The position numbers and the translations under genes are program-made. DNA of 64,000 bases from the human T2T-CHM13v2.0 reference genome, Homo sapiens, in the NCBI RefSeq assembly GCF_009914755.1, contig NC_060926.1. The stretch is one strand, 5' to 3'. The notes beneath the pieces were generated by a model that saw nothing but the letters and a program-made list of their open reading frames with translations, made no database searches and was not told the origin of the DNA. Shown here one piece after another: positions 14,543-28,301 of this stretch. Each line of letters starts with the position of its first letter. The stretch's first letter is position 1.

Positions 14543-17500
14543 TAAAATTTTACTGAAAAATATAAAAACAAATCTATGTACAGCATTTTTAAAATCTGTG
14601 TTCAACTTTATAAAACTGATTTTCATTCCAATGCAGTGTCTCTACTTATGTTCCACAATCAATTCACCTGATACTTATATCTGCCTAAGCAGAAAAGGCA
14701 CTAACAAATCAGCTAAAATATTTTAAAATGCAATTTGCGAAAATACTATAAGATACGTAGCCTATGTACAAAAATACATACTTAAGACTGTATAGCTAAA
14801 ATGAAATAGAGATAATATTTTCTGGAACCTGCTATCTGTGGGCTGCAAAATCCTTAATATCAGAAGTGGCTTGATATTAATATATACTCCTATTATGTAC
14901 CCAAAAAAACTAAAAACAAAACATGTAAGACTTAAACATAGAAAGAACTAAAATTAGGAAAATGAGAGGGGAAAAAGGAAGTGGCTTGAATATCAATGAC
15001 ACATTTATTTCCCTATCTGCCTCTCTAACTCCAAACATAAATAAAGAAAAGTAATTTTTAAAAGAGCCCAGTATTCTCAGCTCGAGTTAATATTTAACTT
15101 TAAACTTTATTCACTGAACCCCTGCATAATGTGATATTTGAGAACCCGGTCAGCAAGCCATATCATGGCCTGAAAATGTCTGGCCTCTCCACGCAACATT
15201 CAGAATCTCAAACTATTTAGTAAATACAAAATACTGACTTTCTAATAACAAGTCCCTTAAAACTGAAAGCCAATAAATAACGAGCATTAGAATAAAACAC
15301 TCAACTATAGTACTCAAACACTATTTTCAAGTCAGAGATTACTTCACTAGTAGAAGAAAAAAGTTTTACTGTGATCAAGTTACTCGGCACTTAAGACTAC
15401 TTGTATCTTCCGTGGTACTTGATTTGGCTTAACAATTAAAGAAAAAAGTCTGAGAGGGGCAAGAATGTGTAATAAGACATACCCACTCATCTAAACATTA
15501 AACATACTTAATAGCACCCCTGACAGATTAAAAAGTCAAAATAGGAGCCCTGAAGTTTAGTAAACATTTCAGCCTACATAGTGACATCTACTTCTTTAAT
15601 TTTTATGGTCTTTGTAAGTGTACAAGGAAAACTAGCTTGTGGAAATCAACTGACATTTTGCCCAGTTCTTTCTCACAAAGTTTTTCAACTAGACTTGTTT
15701 TAAGTTTGGCAAGTTAAGCAAAAAAGTGCTTAAATCTGAAAAACTGATATGACACAAATTTGTTAAAGATGTAAAGCCAGATGGGCTATGTTTATTATGA
15801 AAATCATATAATCTCTACTAAAAATAGAAGGCTTTAGGACATTGCCTGACAAAAAGTAGGCACTATGTAAGTGCTATTTACTTATCAGTATGCTAAAAAT
15901 AACAATCAAACTAAGAAGCAACAAGACAAGTAAGGCACATCTAAGAAAGCTCATATATTAAGTCCTTCAACTCTAGGCAATAACCCAATCTTTCTAAACA
16001 GAATTGCCCCCTCTCATACACAAACTATTGTCGTTGCTGTATAGTTCTATTATTTTCCAGCTGAGAAAAATGTACATCTGCATAGTTTATAGGTCCTATT
16101 CCACAATGAACCCCAACTTAACAAGTCAAATAAAGAAAGGACATAAATCTGTTAAAAACTTATCTTCATTTATTTTGTTTTCCTTCAACTACCTAACTTT
16201 TAAAAAAATTAATTCTTTTGAGGACAATTTTCAAGTAGAGCACATGTCTCAACTTGCAGAATGGCATTTTGACTATTTGAGACAGGAACCTCTTTTCCCA
16301 TAAAAGCAAAGGCTCACAAAGGAGAGGCCACAGAAAACTCCTTTATTTATACTGCAAGCCAATAAAAGTGTTGTATGAATTCTAAGCCCTATTTCATATT
16401 GTGTGTTTGTGGAGGGGAGAAGAGGGGAAAAGTATTCTCCTTTTCCTGAACTCAAAATCAGCTTTATACAGAACTTTTGAAATAAACTGTTCAAAGTTCA
16501 TATTTGGCAATTTCCCACTCCTCAATGTCCATGTCCCCAGTATCCCCTTCTCCCAAGCATGACAAAAAAATCAAAGATGAAAACTTGCCCAAATACATAT
16601 CCATAATGTCTTTCCTTTGCATCTTATGAAGGGATAAGCTCTAAAGGGTAATATGCTGTAAAATTACCTACACGGTTTCTTTTCTCACATCTCAGACCAA
16701 ACCCTCGTTTCCTTCATGCACTTACCTGTTAAGTAGGAAATACGCATAAATCAATTCCTACTAAACAAGAAACTCTTTTATGACCTCAGAAACTGTGTGT
16801 ATGTTTTTTGGTGGGTTTTTTTTTGGGGGGGGGGGAGGGTGTAGGGGGGGTGGTATCTAACTGGCAAGATTTCAGACAGTAGAAAGTTATATTTTAGATT
16901 TTAGAACAGGCAGCACTAGGCAAGGTGTTAAGTCCACCCCAGCCAGCTCTTATTCTAAGACATTCTTCCTTTTCCATTTCTTTCTTTCCTCTACTTCTGC
17001 ACCCAGGAAAAACTCAGGTTTTTGTTTTGCTTCGTTTTTCTTTACAACATTTAGAGATGCAAGGGAAAGAGGGTGGGAAAGCAGCAATCATTTGGATTGA
17101 AAATGCTACTCTGAAAGTTAGAGACTGCTTATGTACACTGCTCTTGAGAGCTAAAATAATTTATACTTTCCAGCCACAGAAAATAGGCATGTTTTTTAAA
17201 AAATAAGAAACAATTATAGCTACACAGTAGTTTTAAGCTTATTTCAAAATTTAACTATTCTGAGCTACACAAAGGTATGAAATTAACATGTTTCAATACT
17301 GAAAGGAGTTAATTTTTAAAACCCTACCATATGCTGTAATATAATGCCCTCTATGGACTAAATTACAGCACTTCAACATTACTGAATTAAATCTTAAGAA
17401 CTGGAAAAAGATTTTAGTCTAGAAAATGAATGACAGTACAAGTTAAAATAGCAAAACAACGAGCATTTTAAAGTCTATAAAAAATTTAACATAAGGTACC

Positions 17501-17633
17501 AAAAATGAATACTAAAATTCATAAACTGAAAGTGACACTATTTATGAAAACTAATATGCTAACTTCTTACATTATAATCTAAAACATACAAATATTCTTA
17601 AACACCCAAAGCATTTTTAAAAATTTTTTATAT

Positions 17634-18030
<397 letters not shown>

Positions 18031-18559
18031 TCAAGCACGCATTTTTAAATTCTGAATTCAAGAATTAATAGTCACTAGGCCCTAAACAGATCTTCTTAAA
18101 CTTTAATGTCTTCATTTAAGTATCCAGGTTTGGGGGGAATCTTTAAGGTCATTTCATAATGTTTATAGTAGTATGATTAAAGCATTTGTTTGATTTGGTA
18201 CAAGATGTCAATATTCAAAATTGTTTATAAAAATTTTAAACTCATCTGTTAGTGCAAAACGATATTCACAGCTCGCTAAATTTCTCTGTCCAACTGAATT
18301 TATTCCACATAGTCAATTATAGATCATTCCACAGACTTGATCTTCCATCTGCAACACTAGATGGCACCAACACCCGTAGTCTACAGTTGATTGCCCAGTT
18401 CATGGAAGGCAATCTGGCAAACATTAACTTTCTGGCTTTTCCACAAGATTGCTGCCTGGCCCTAGGCAGCTAGATCAGAGTATGGGAATAGGAAAACAAC
18501 TCTAACACCAAAAAAATACGTGGGGCAAAATAATCCCTAATCGGAATCCAAAATCAATT

Positions 18560-19940
<1,381 letters not shown>

Positions 19941-21149
19941 ACAATGAGCGTGTATTGTATGTCAGACTGCTTCATAAACTGTTGCTCTAACTTCACTGAT
20001 AGTTATCAAGTCCTTAGAAAAAATCCTTATTACTAAAATATTGAAGCTCAAGTAGATTAAAACATTTGCCAAGGGTCATACAGCTAAATCAGTGAAAGGG
20101 TCAGAATTAGAACTCAGGTCTGTAAAATGCCTAAAATTAAGTTATTTAACCACATTATATTTAGCAGGTATCTCTTTTTTATGGTACATATTTATTTTCA
20201 ATCTGTATTGGGCCCACAGTAAGCACTAAATAAATCCTCACTAATTTAACAATGTCACTTTTTAAAAAGTAAATATAATCGTTTCCTTTATTAACAAGAG
20301 TCAGGTTCTAATTTAGCTACATTGTACATCTACTGATAGCCTTCCAGTTAAGATTAACTACTTATCATAATAAAGTCCAACTTACATCAAAATTTTCCAA
20401 ATATTATTTGCTCAATAAAAATATATTTTAAACAAAATATCAACTCTTAGTATCTACAGTACTTCAGTAAAAAAACTCAAAGGCTATATATACTTTTTCA
20501 GAAAAATATTTTAAGTCGTAAGAATATCAAAACAATTCTTATTCATGAACATATGTAAGTTCTTATTCATGAACATATATAAGTTTGCAAAGCTAATTTC
20601 GTACTATTTACCTAGACAAACAAGCCCTTTTAAAGTGAGTGATCATGGTAATACTACTTGGTGAATCCTGGGTATTACATAGTTTAATTATAATGAACAA
20701 ATAATCAATGTATGGTCGGTTTACACTTCACTTACCAATAGTTCCAATTAGTTCAGCAAGACACAATCTATATTTCGATTACGAACTAAAAATATTCTCT
20801 GTGCATTAGTGACAAGCAACCAACAAACATATATTAAGTTATCATTAAGTCAAGATCTCAGCAGTTTGGACAGGAAACATGAGCACCTTTCTGTACCAAT
20901 GGCCTACCAACATAAACAGATGATAGCAGTTGTCCAAAGTAGGGTTTTTCAGTCTCCACATACTAGCAACAGAATGTTACCCTAGTTCCAATATCCTTAC
21001 ATATGTGAGAAAATGTAGATGGCAACCAACTTTCTTGACATCTTAAGATGTCAAGAAATGTCTTACATTGCCTAATGGTTCAACACAACAGATATATGAT
21101 AAAAGCAGTAGCACCTTGATTGCCTGCTAAAGTTAGGACAATAACTGCT

Positions 21150-21460
21150 TATTCCAAAACCAGGAAATAACTGTGAACGGACAAAACCTGAGTTGGAATC
21201 GCAGTTCATTCTTGTGAAACTAGGTAACAACTAATACAAATAAGAAGTTAGCCCAATGTCTGAAACACGGCAGAAGCTCAAAAACATTGTGCTTATTACG
21301 TAATTTACCAGGTATCCTTGAAAAAGTTACTTAACATCCTTAGGCTTAGATTTTATCATCTATAAAATGGTTCCTTCTTTCAGATTATGGTGAAGACCTA
21401 AATGAAACAAATATGTGAGAGTGCTTGTTGGTCAGAAGATGTTCCATAAATGATAGTCTT
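21150..21460. mobile_element. MIR fragments
   Basis: AAGTTACTTAACATCCTTAGGCTTAGATTTTATCATCTATAAAATGG MIR core. Confidence 0.6.
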
Positions 21461-21519
21461 CCCTTTCCAGATAAAATGAGAAGAATTCAGCTTTTCTCAA
21501 CACTTTAAAATTCTCAGTT

Positions 21520-22920
21520 AAAAACCTAAAACTGGGAGAAAGAAAATCTAGAACTGAAACAAATGAAGCTAATTGTATTTCAAATGAATATCATAGCCAT
21601 TAGTCAGTGGGAGAAGGACGCAGGAAAAAGAAAAAAGAACAAACTAATACAAGTAATCTGTGAATAATGTATTTGACTATATACATTCCATCTTAGGCAG
21701 GGTTGCAGAGTAGGGATTTGCAAACAATCCAGAACTCTTTTATCAAGTTTTTTTTTTATTATAGTGATATGAAAAAAGCATTCTAAAACTCTTATAGGTG
21801 TATTAAAGGACTGGATATAAATAATGTATTGGTGGTCTTAGGAACCAGGGTTCTCACTATAAAAGAAGAGACAAATATGAAATCAGGAAAGAAAGAACAA
21901 ACCCTGTGAGAATGGATTAGAATTAGAGGTATCTATGTGAACTCATTTCTTAAGTATGTATGTGTATGTGTGTATGTTTATTTTTATGTATGTATATAAG
22001 CATTTCCTAGCTTTATCCACTGAAAGGGTTAAAATGGAAAGATCCCCACAGTAGCAATGACCACAACTAGCATCTAGCTCTTGATCTTTAATACCTCACT
22101 ATTATGAAAATGACCTCTCATTCTACATTAAAAGGAATCAGGCATCCTTGGAGAAATGGCTGATTCCAGGGCTGGGACACGGTAAGCATAAAATAGGCCT
22201 ACAATATTTTGTTAGGCTAGAAAGTAAGAAATGCTCCCCTCCCAACCCCAAAGAAAGAAGGTTGCATGTCCCTGAGCCTACCTGAAGGAACCCTCAAAAT
22301 ATGCAATAATTTACCACCAAAATAATAAAGTTCAGTAATGAATCATAAACCATTGGAAAGAAAATGGAAATTCACGGATCCATACTGATAATTAATTAGC
22401 TAATTAATTCATTAATGGAAATGGAGGTCTGCTGCTTAAACAGGAATGCTGAGGGTCAAATGAAAAATGTACGGGGAGTACTGGAGTTAAAATCATTTTT
22501 CAACTCTCATGGTAAAGACTGGATCAAGCAAGAATCATCAATGGTTTACTAAATTGGAGGGGCGAATTTTGATAGGGAGCAGGATATCTGCATGTGTTCA
22601 AGTGTCACTCCTCAGACTGCTTATCATCTGCAAGGGAGAAACAAAGACAATATAAGGAAATCAGAGCTCATCTTGCCCAGACGGTCAAAATTAACATAAC
22701 CAGTGAGGGACTGATGAATAGCAGATAACTCTAGAAGTGGTGCTATGAGAGGGACACATCATCATCTATACAGTATCATAAATGAACCCATAGCCTCAAA
22801 TTAATCACTAGGAAACATCGGACAAATCCACTAGGAGGAATGTTCTATTATAAAGTCGGGGGAAGAGAGGCCCTGTGTTCTTTAAAACTGCTAATGTCAT
22901 AACAAATAAATAAAGACTGA
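21520..22920 (+). mobile_element. L1MC-like 3'UTR
   Basis: AAAAGGAATCAGGCATCCTTGGAGAAATGGCTGATTCCAGGGCTGGG typical of L1MC3/4. Confidence 0.7.
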
Positions 22921-22922
22921 AA

Positions 22923-23690
22923 TGGGAAGTCCTACCCAGAGCAATTGAGCAAGAGAGAAATAAAGGATATCCAAATTAGAAAAGAGGAAGTCACATTGTC
23001 CCTGTTTGCAGATGACATGATCTTATATAAAGAAAAACCTAAAGACTACCAAAAACTTGTAAATTCTGTAAAGTTGCAGGATATAAAATCAATAACAAAA
23101 ATATCGCATGTCTTTACACAAACAACAAACTAGCTGAAAAAGAAATCAAGTAGGAAACTCCATTTGCAATAGCTTAAAAAAAAATACCTCAGAATAAGTT
23201 TAACCAAGGAGGTGAAAGACTTCTACGAGGAAATCTACAAAACAATGATGAAAGAAATTGAAGAGGATACAAACAAATGCAAAGAAAGACATTCCATGTT
23301 CATGAATCATAAGAGTTAACATTGTTAAAAAATGGCCGTAATATCCAAAGCAGTCTACAGATTCAATGCAATCCCTAATAAAATACCAATGACCTTCTTC
23401 ACAGGAATAGGAAAAAAAATCCTAAAATCTGTATGGAACCACAAGACTCCAAAAAGCAAAAGCAATCCTGAACAAAAATAAAGCTGGCGGAATCACACTA
23501 CTAAATTTCAAAATATACTACACAGCTATAGTAACCAAAACAGCATGGTACTGGCATAAAAACAGAAACACAGACCAATGGAACAGAACAGATAACCCAG
23601 AAATTAATTAACATATCTATAGCCAATCAATTTTTGGAAAAAAAAAAATGCCAAGAACATTCATTGGGGAAATGCCAAGAACATTCATTG
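22923..23690 (+). mobile_element. L1 ORF2 (RT region) internal fragment
   Basis: Translates SLFADDMILY (RT catalytic motif); ACAGCATGGTACTGGCATAAAAACAGA. Confidence 0.9.
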
Positions 23691-23945
23691 ATACTACTAC
23701 TGAGAAAAAAAATCAGTATTTACATTCCAATAGTAAGAATATAGTTTGTCACAAATTTCTTTGTAAATGGAGGGGGAGGAAGACCAGAATTCATTAGTTT
23801 CTTGACAAACTTTACTTCCCAAAATTAATAAAGCACCATCTGCATCACAATACCTTATTCATCTCTCTTGCAAAATCAATCTTTCTTCCCAAAACTAAAA
23901 CTGATTTCTGCCTACAAAATGTCATTTTAAGAAAACAAGAACAGG

Positions 23946-24228
23946 AAAGTCCTGGAGGCTCACACCTGTAATCCCAGCACTTTGGGAGGCAGAGGCGGGA
24001 GGATCCTTGAACACAGGAGTTTGAGACCAGCCTAGGCAACAAGGCAAGACCTCCTCTCTACAAAAATAATTAGCCAGGCATAGTGACACGAGCCTTTGGT
24101 CCCAGCTACTTGGGAGGCTGAGGACCACCTGACCCTGGGAGGTTGAGGCTGCAGTGAGCCATAATCTCACCACTGCACTTCAGCCTGGGCGACACAGCAA
24201 GAACCTGTCTCGAAAAAAGAAAAGAAGA
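23946..24228 (+). mobile_element. AluJ-like
   Basis: Alu dimer with A-rich tail. Confidence 0.88.
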
Positions 24229-24647
24229 ACATATGAGATAATAAATGATCTGAGGAAATTAGTATTTTATTATTTAATAGTTTAAATGTTTAAATGCATA
24301 TACATTAATAAGACCCAGAATTTTTTTAAAAACACACTTAAATATTTCATAATTAGAGATGGCATAAAACTTTTAAGTCATCTGAGAAGAGAGCTTCCCT
24401 TATGTTTTATCAGACCACTGCTGTATTTTGGTACATTTGACTTCAGTACACTTGAACCTCCCTTTCACGAAGATACACAGGTAAGTACCTATCCTCACTA
24501 TAACATAGATCACAATGTTTAACTATGTCCTCAACAGTGTGTCTGTACCAGCTGGCTGTAAGTTGCATAAAGCGCAAAACTTTGTCTTAGTTTCATCTTT
24601 TTCCCTGCCCCCCCCGCCAAAAAAAAATCTCATATAGTGCCTGATAG

Positions 24648-24854
<207 letters not shown>

Positions 24855-25479
24855 TAACAGATGCCTGTTATATAATCAAGTCAAGAAAATTATTAAGTTG
24901 CAAGGACTTGAGCTAATCCACCCTTCCTTTTATAGAAAAGGAAAATGACATCTAGAGAAACAAAGTGATTGTCAGTGGTATAGCCAAGACTAAAACCTCA
25001 GGTCACCTATATTGTTTTCATTATAGCAATACTGGGTTTCCTTCCCACAACTTTTGTAGAATATATATATTGGGTGTATCTAAATAATTCTCTATTCCCT
25101 AGTAAGTTGCTATGATAACTAATATCAAAAAAGGTTAAGTCAAAAAGGCAGGAAATAACAATTTTCTCAGAGAAGGGAGATAAACATATTCTAAAAGAGA
25201 ATGCCCAAGCATTGCTTACACTTTCTTCCACCATTCCCATTAAGCTTTCAAAGGCAATGCCCCCTTTTCTTCCCTTACTTCTAAACTATTAGGCTATAGA
25301 TTTCCCAGGTTTAACAAAAACAATCCAAGAAATAGGTGACTCCTGAAATACTGAAATTCCTAAGGGCCACCATCTACTAGAGGACTGCTAGCTTTAAGTT
25401 TTGGGAGGAAGCACTAGCGGGGAGGGGAGACTTCAAAGGTGTTGCTACACCGATTACTCCTTGCTCTTCACCCAGTCAT

Positions 25480-26111
25480 CACCAAGCTGCTCTGGGCTTC
25501 TGAGACCCTTCTTTCTACTGTTCCCTCCTAAACCATTTTACTGTGCTGTTTGAAACCCCCATTCCACTGTGAACCAGCTCCTCTACTCCTCAACATCTTT
25601 ACTGAACATTCCTGCCTTTACCTCGCCTTCACTAAAACCTGGCTGTTCCTTGAAGATACTGGTTTCCCTGTGGAACTTGCTAAATGAAGGCTAAATCGTT
25701 CTCTCATATTCTACACACCTAAGGGAGGAGTGGGGAGGTCAGTACCCTCTGCTCACCAATGCTGCTTCCAGACTTTTATTTCAGAGACCTTGGGCAAAAG
25801 TCTTGGCTATTCCGCTACGTCATTCTCTGTCCTTCCTCATTTCTTCTACCTACCATCCTGCCAGTTACCTCACTGCCCTTTACCAAGGACTCTAACCCCA
25901 GTATTCCTCTCCACCCCTAGTCCTGCCATCACCCTGGGTGACTTCAATGTTAGGTAGAAGTGCAATACAGTATCATGGCCTCATAGTTTACTTGACCTCA
26001 CCTCTAGCAATCTTAATCTGACTACACAGTAGGCCTTTGCCTGATGGCCTAACACTGGCCATTATAATCAACCTGAACTGCTATTCCTCTGAAATTCTAA
26101 ATTCAACATCC

Positions 26112-26149
<38 letters not shown>

Positions 26150-27560
26150 GCTCTCCCGCACATGCATTCTTTCTCTCCCCTACTTTGACCACAATCTCCT
26201 ATCATTCTGGCATGTATTTATTCCTACTACTATTGGTTCTTAAACCTAATCTGGGCCTTGAGTTCACTGACCATCTACTCTCCTCCTACCTCTCCTACCT
26301 TTTTCTATTCACATCCTTCAACTTAGATGCCACAGTCCATCACTTCAAATTACTCTCCTGCTATCACCCTCAACTTTCTTGACTTACTGTCCTTCCACAG
26401 GGCCCACCTGCCAAAACACATCCTTGAATCAATACAATCATTTGCCTTCCCTGAACCCATACCTAGGTTGTTTGGCACAATCAAAGAAAAGTCACCCTAC
26501 CATTTAGACCACCTTTCAACCTTGATTAGGCTCCTAATACAATGCCTTTGGTTTCCCTAGTCAGAGGTATTGCAGATCTCTTCCACCCAAGCATGATCTA
26601 CTTCATTCCCAGCAAATGAACTAACATACTGCTTTAAAGAACAAACATAAACCATCAAATAATTCCCTCAACTTTCAGTCACAAAACCCTAACAGTATCA
26701 ATACCCCATACTTTCCTTTCCACTCACTACAATCAAAGCTCTATCGTTCCTTCTCTCTAACACTAATTCTTCCACCTGAACTAGGCAGCACATCCCCATC
26801 CCCTTCTGACTTTCTGCCAGCACCTGTAATCAGATTTTCCCCTTCCCACCTTAAAAAAAAAGTCCTACCTCCACTGCATACTCTCCTTCCTGCTTGCTAA
26901 TATTTTAATTTTTCTCCAATAAAAATCTCAAACTTCTTAAGAGTAATCAACATTTAATAACCACTTACTCAAGTCTCATTCACTTCTCAATCCTAGCCAT
27001 GCCCATGCACACCACACCATTTGCCGCTGTCATGACAATATCTTCCCTCCTTTTTGACCAACTTGCAATCCTTAACTGACCTCTCCAGTATTTGATAATT
27101 TTGACCATTTCTTCCACCTTCAAGTAGTCCTCTTCTCTTGATTCTTCCTAATTGGTATCTGGGGCTTTAATTTCTATCTCTAAGCCCATGACAGACACAT
27201 ACAGCCAAGATCTCTCTCAAGAGCTTCATGTGTATAATATCCATAACTTACTGGATATCTTAGAGGTATGTACATCAATACCAACATATCCAAAACCAAA
27301 TTTGTATCTTCCCTCTTAAACCTACTTTAATCTCTCATGTTCCCTATCTCAGTTTCTCATACTGCCACCCATACAAGTGCACATGCCAGAAATGAAATCC
27401 AGGGTTCCTGGGGTCATCTTTACCTCTTCCCCTCATCCTTTATGTCCCTATCCGTCAAACACCAAGTCCTATGTCTCTGTGCTCATCCCACTGCCTGAAT
27501 GTTCATAATCTCCTCTTTCTTAGATTACAGCAACTGGTCTACCACTGTTCCAATGGTGAT
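25480..27560 (+). mobile_element. Long LINE2 (L2) relic
   Basis: C/T-rich tract; APE endonuclease motif LGDFN in ORF 25730-25957; L2 3' motifs (CCAAAACCAAATTTGTATCTTCCC). Confidence 0.75.
26113..26146 (+). repeat. (CA)n microsatellite
   Basis: About 17 AC units. Confidence 0.95.
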
Positions 27561-28301
27561 GAGCTGGACTGTACTGCTGAAGCACCAGCACTTAAATACA
27601 TAAGTATATTCAGTAAATTTATCATAATCACTATTTTAGAGAAAACGCAGCTAAATCAGAATGCTAATAAAGAGCACATGTGCAAATCACCTTGTGCAAA
27701 TCACCTTATGCAAATCAGGTATGTGGAAAATGGATAGTCAAAAGAAAAAAAGGAGAATCGGTACTTTTCAAAAGAATTCATAATAGCATAACTCATTTTA
27801 TACTTTTCAACAAAATGTCTACACTCAATATGCCTAACTTTATACCTACCACTGGAAAAGTACTATATTATATAGAAATATTTAAAACATACTATAGAAA
27901 TTTTCTTTAAAAATTAAATATGGTAATTTCTGGGATAACAAAAACACATCTGAAAATATTTTAATATCTCTTGCTCTTCATGTTATCAAGAAACACAAGT
28001 GAAAAAAGAAAGAAAGAAAGAAATAGGTACTAAAGCCAATTCTTATAAACAAAAATATTTTCTATTAATAGTTCCATAGTGCAATATAAAAGTGTAACTG
28101 TGTGGAAAAGTTAAGGGTGAATGCTGAGTGCAAGAGAGTTAGAAAAAGCACTAAAACCTTTAACTGAAAAAGTGGAGAAGACTTCTTACCAATGTGACAT
28201 ATGAGACACTATAAACATAATATAAAACACAAAATGTAGTGGAATGTTCCCTAAATCCAAAAGTGGCATGAAAGCACAAAACTGCATATAGATTGGATTA
28301 C

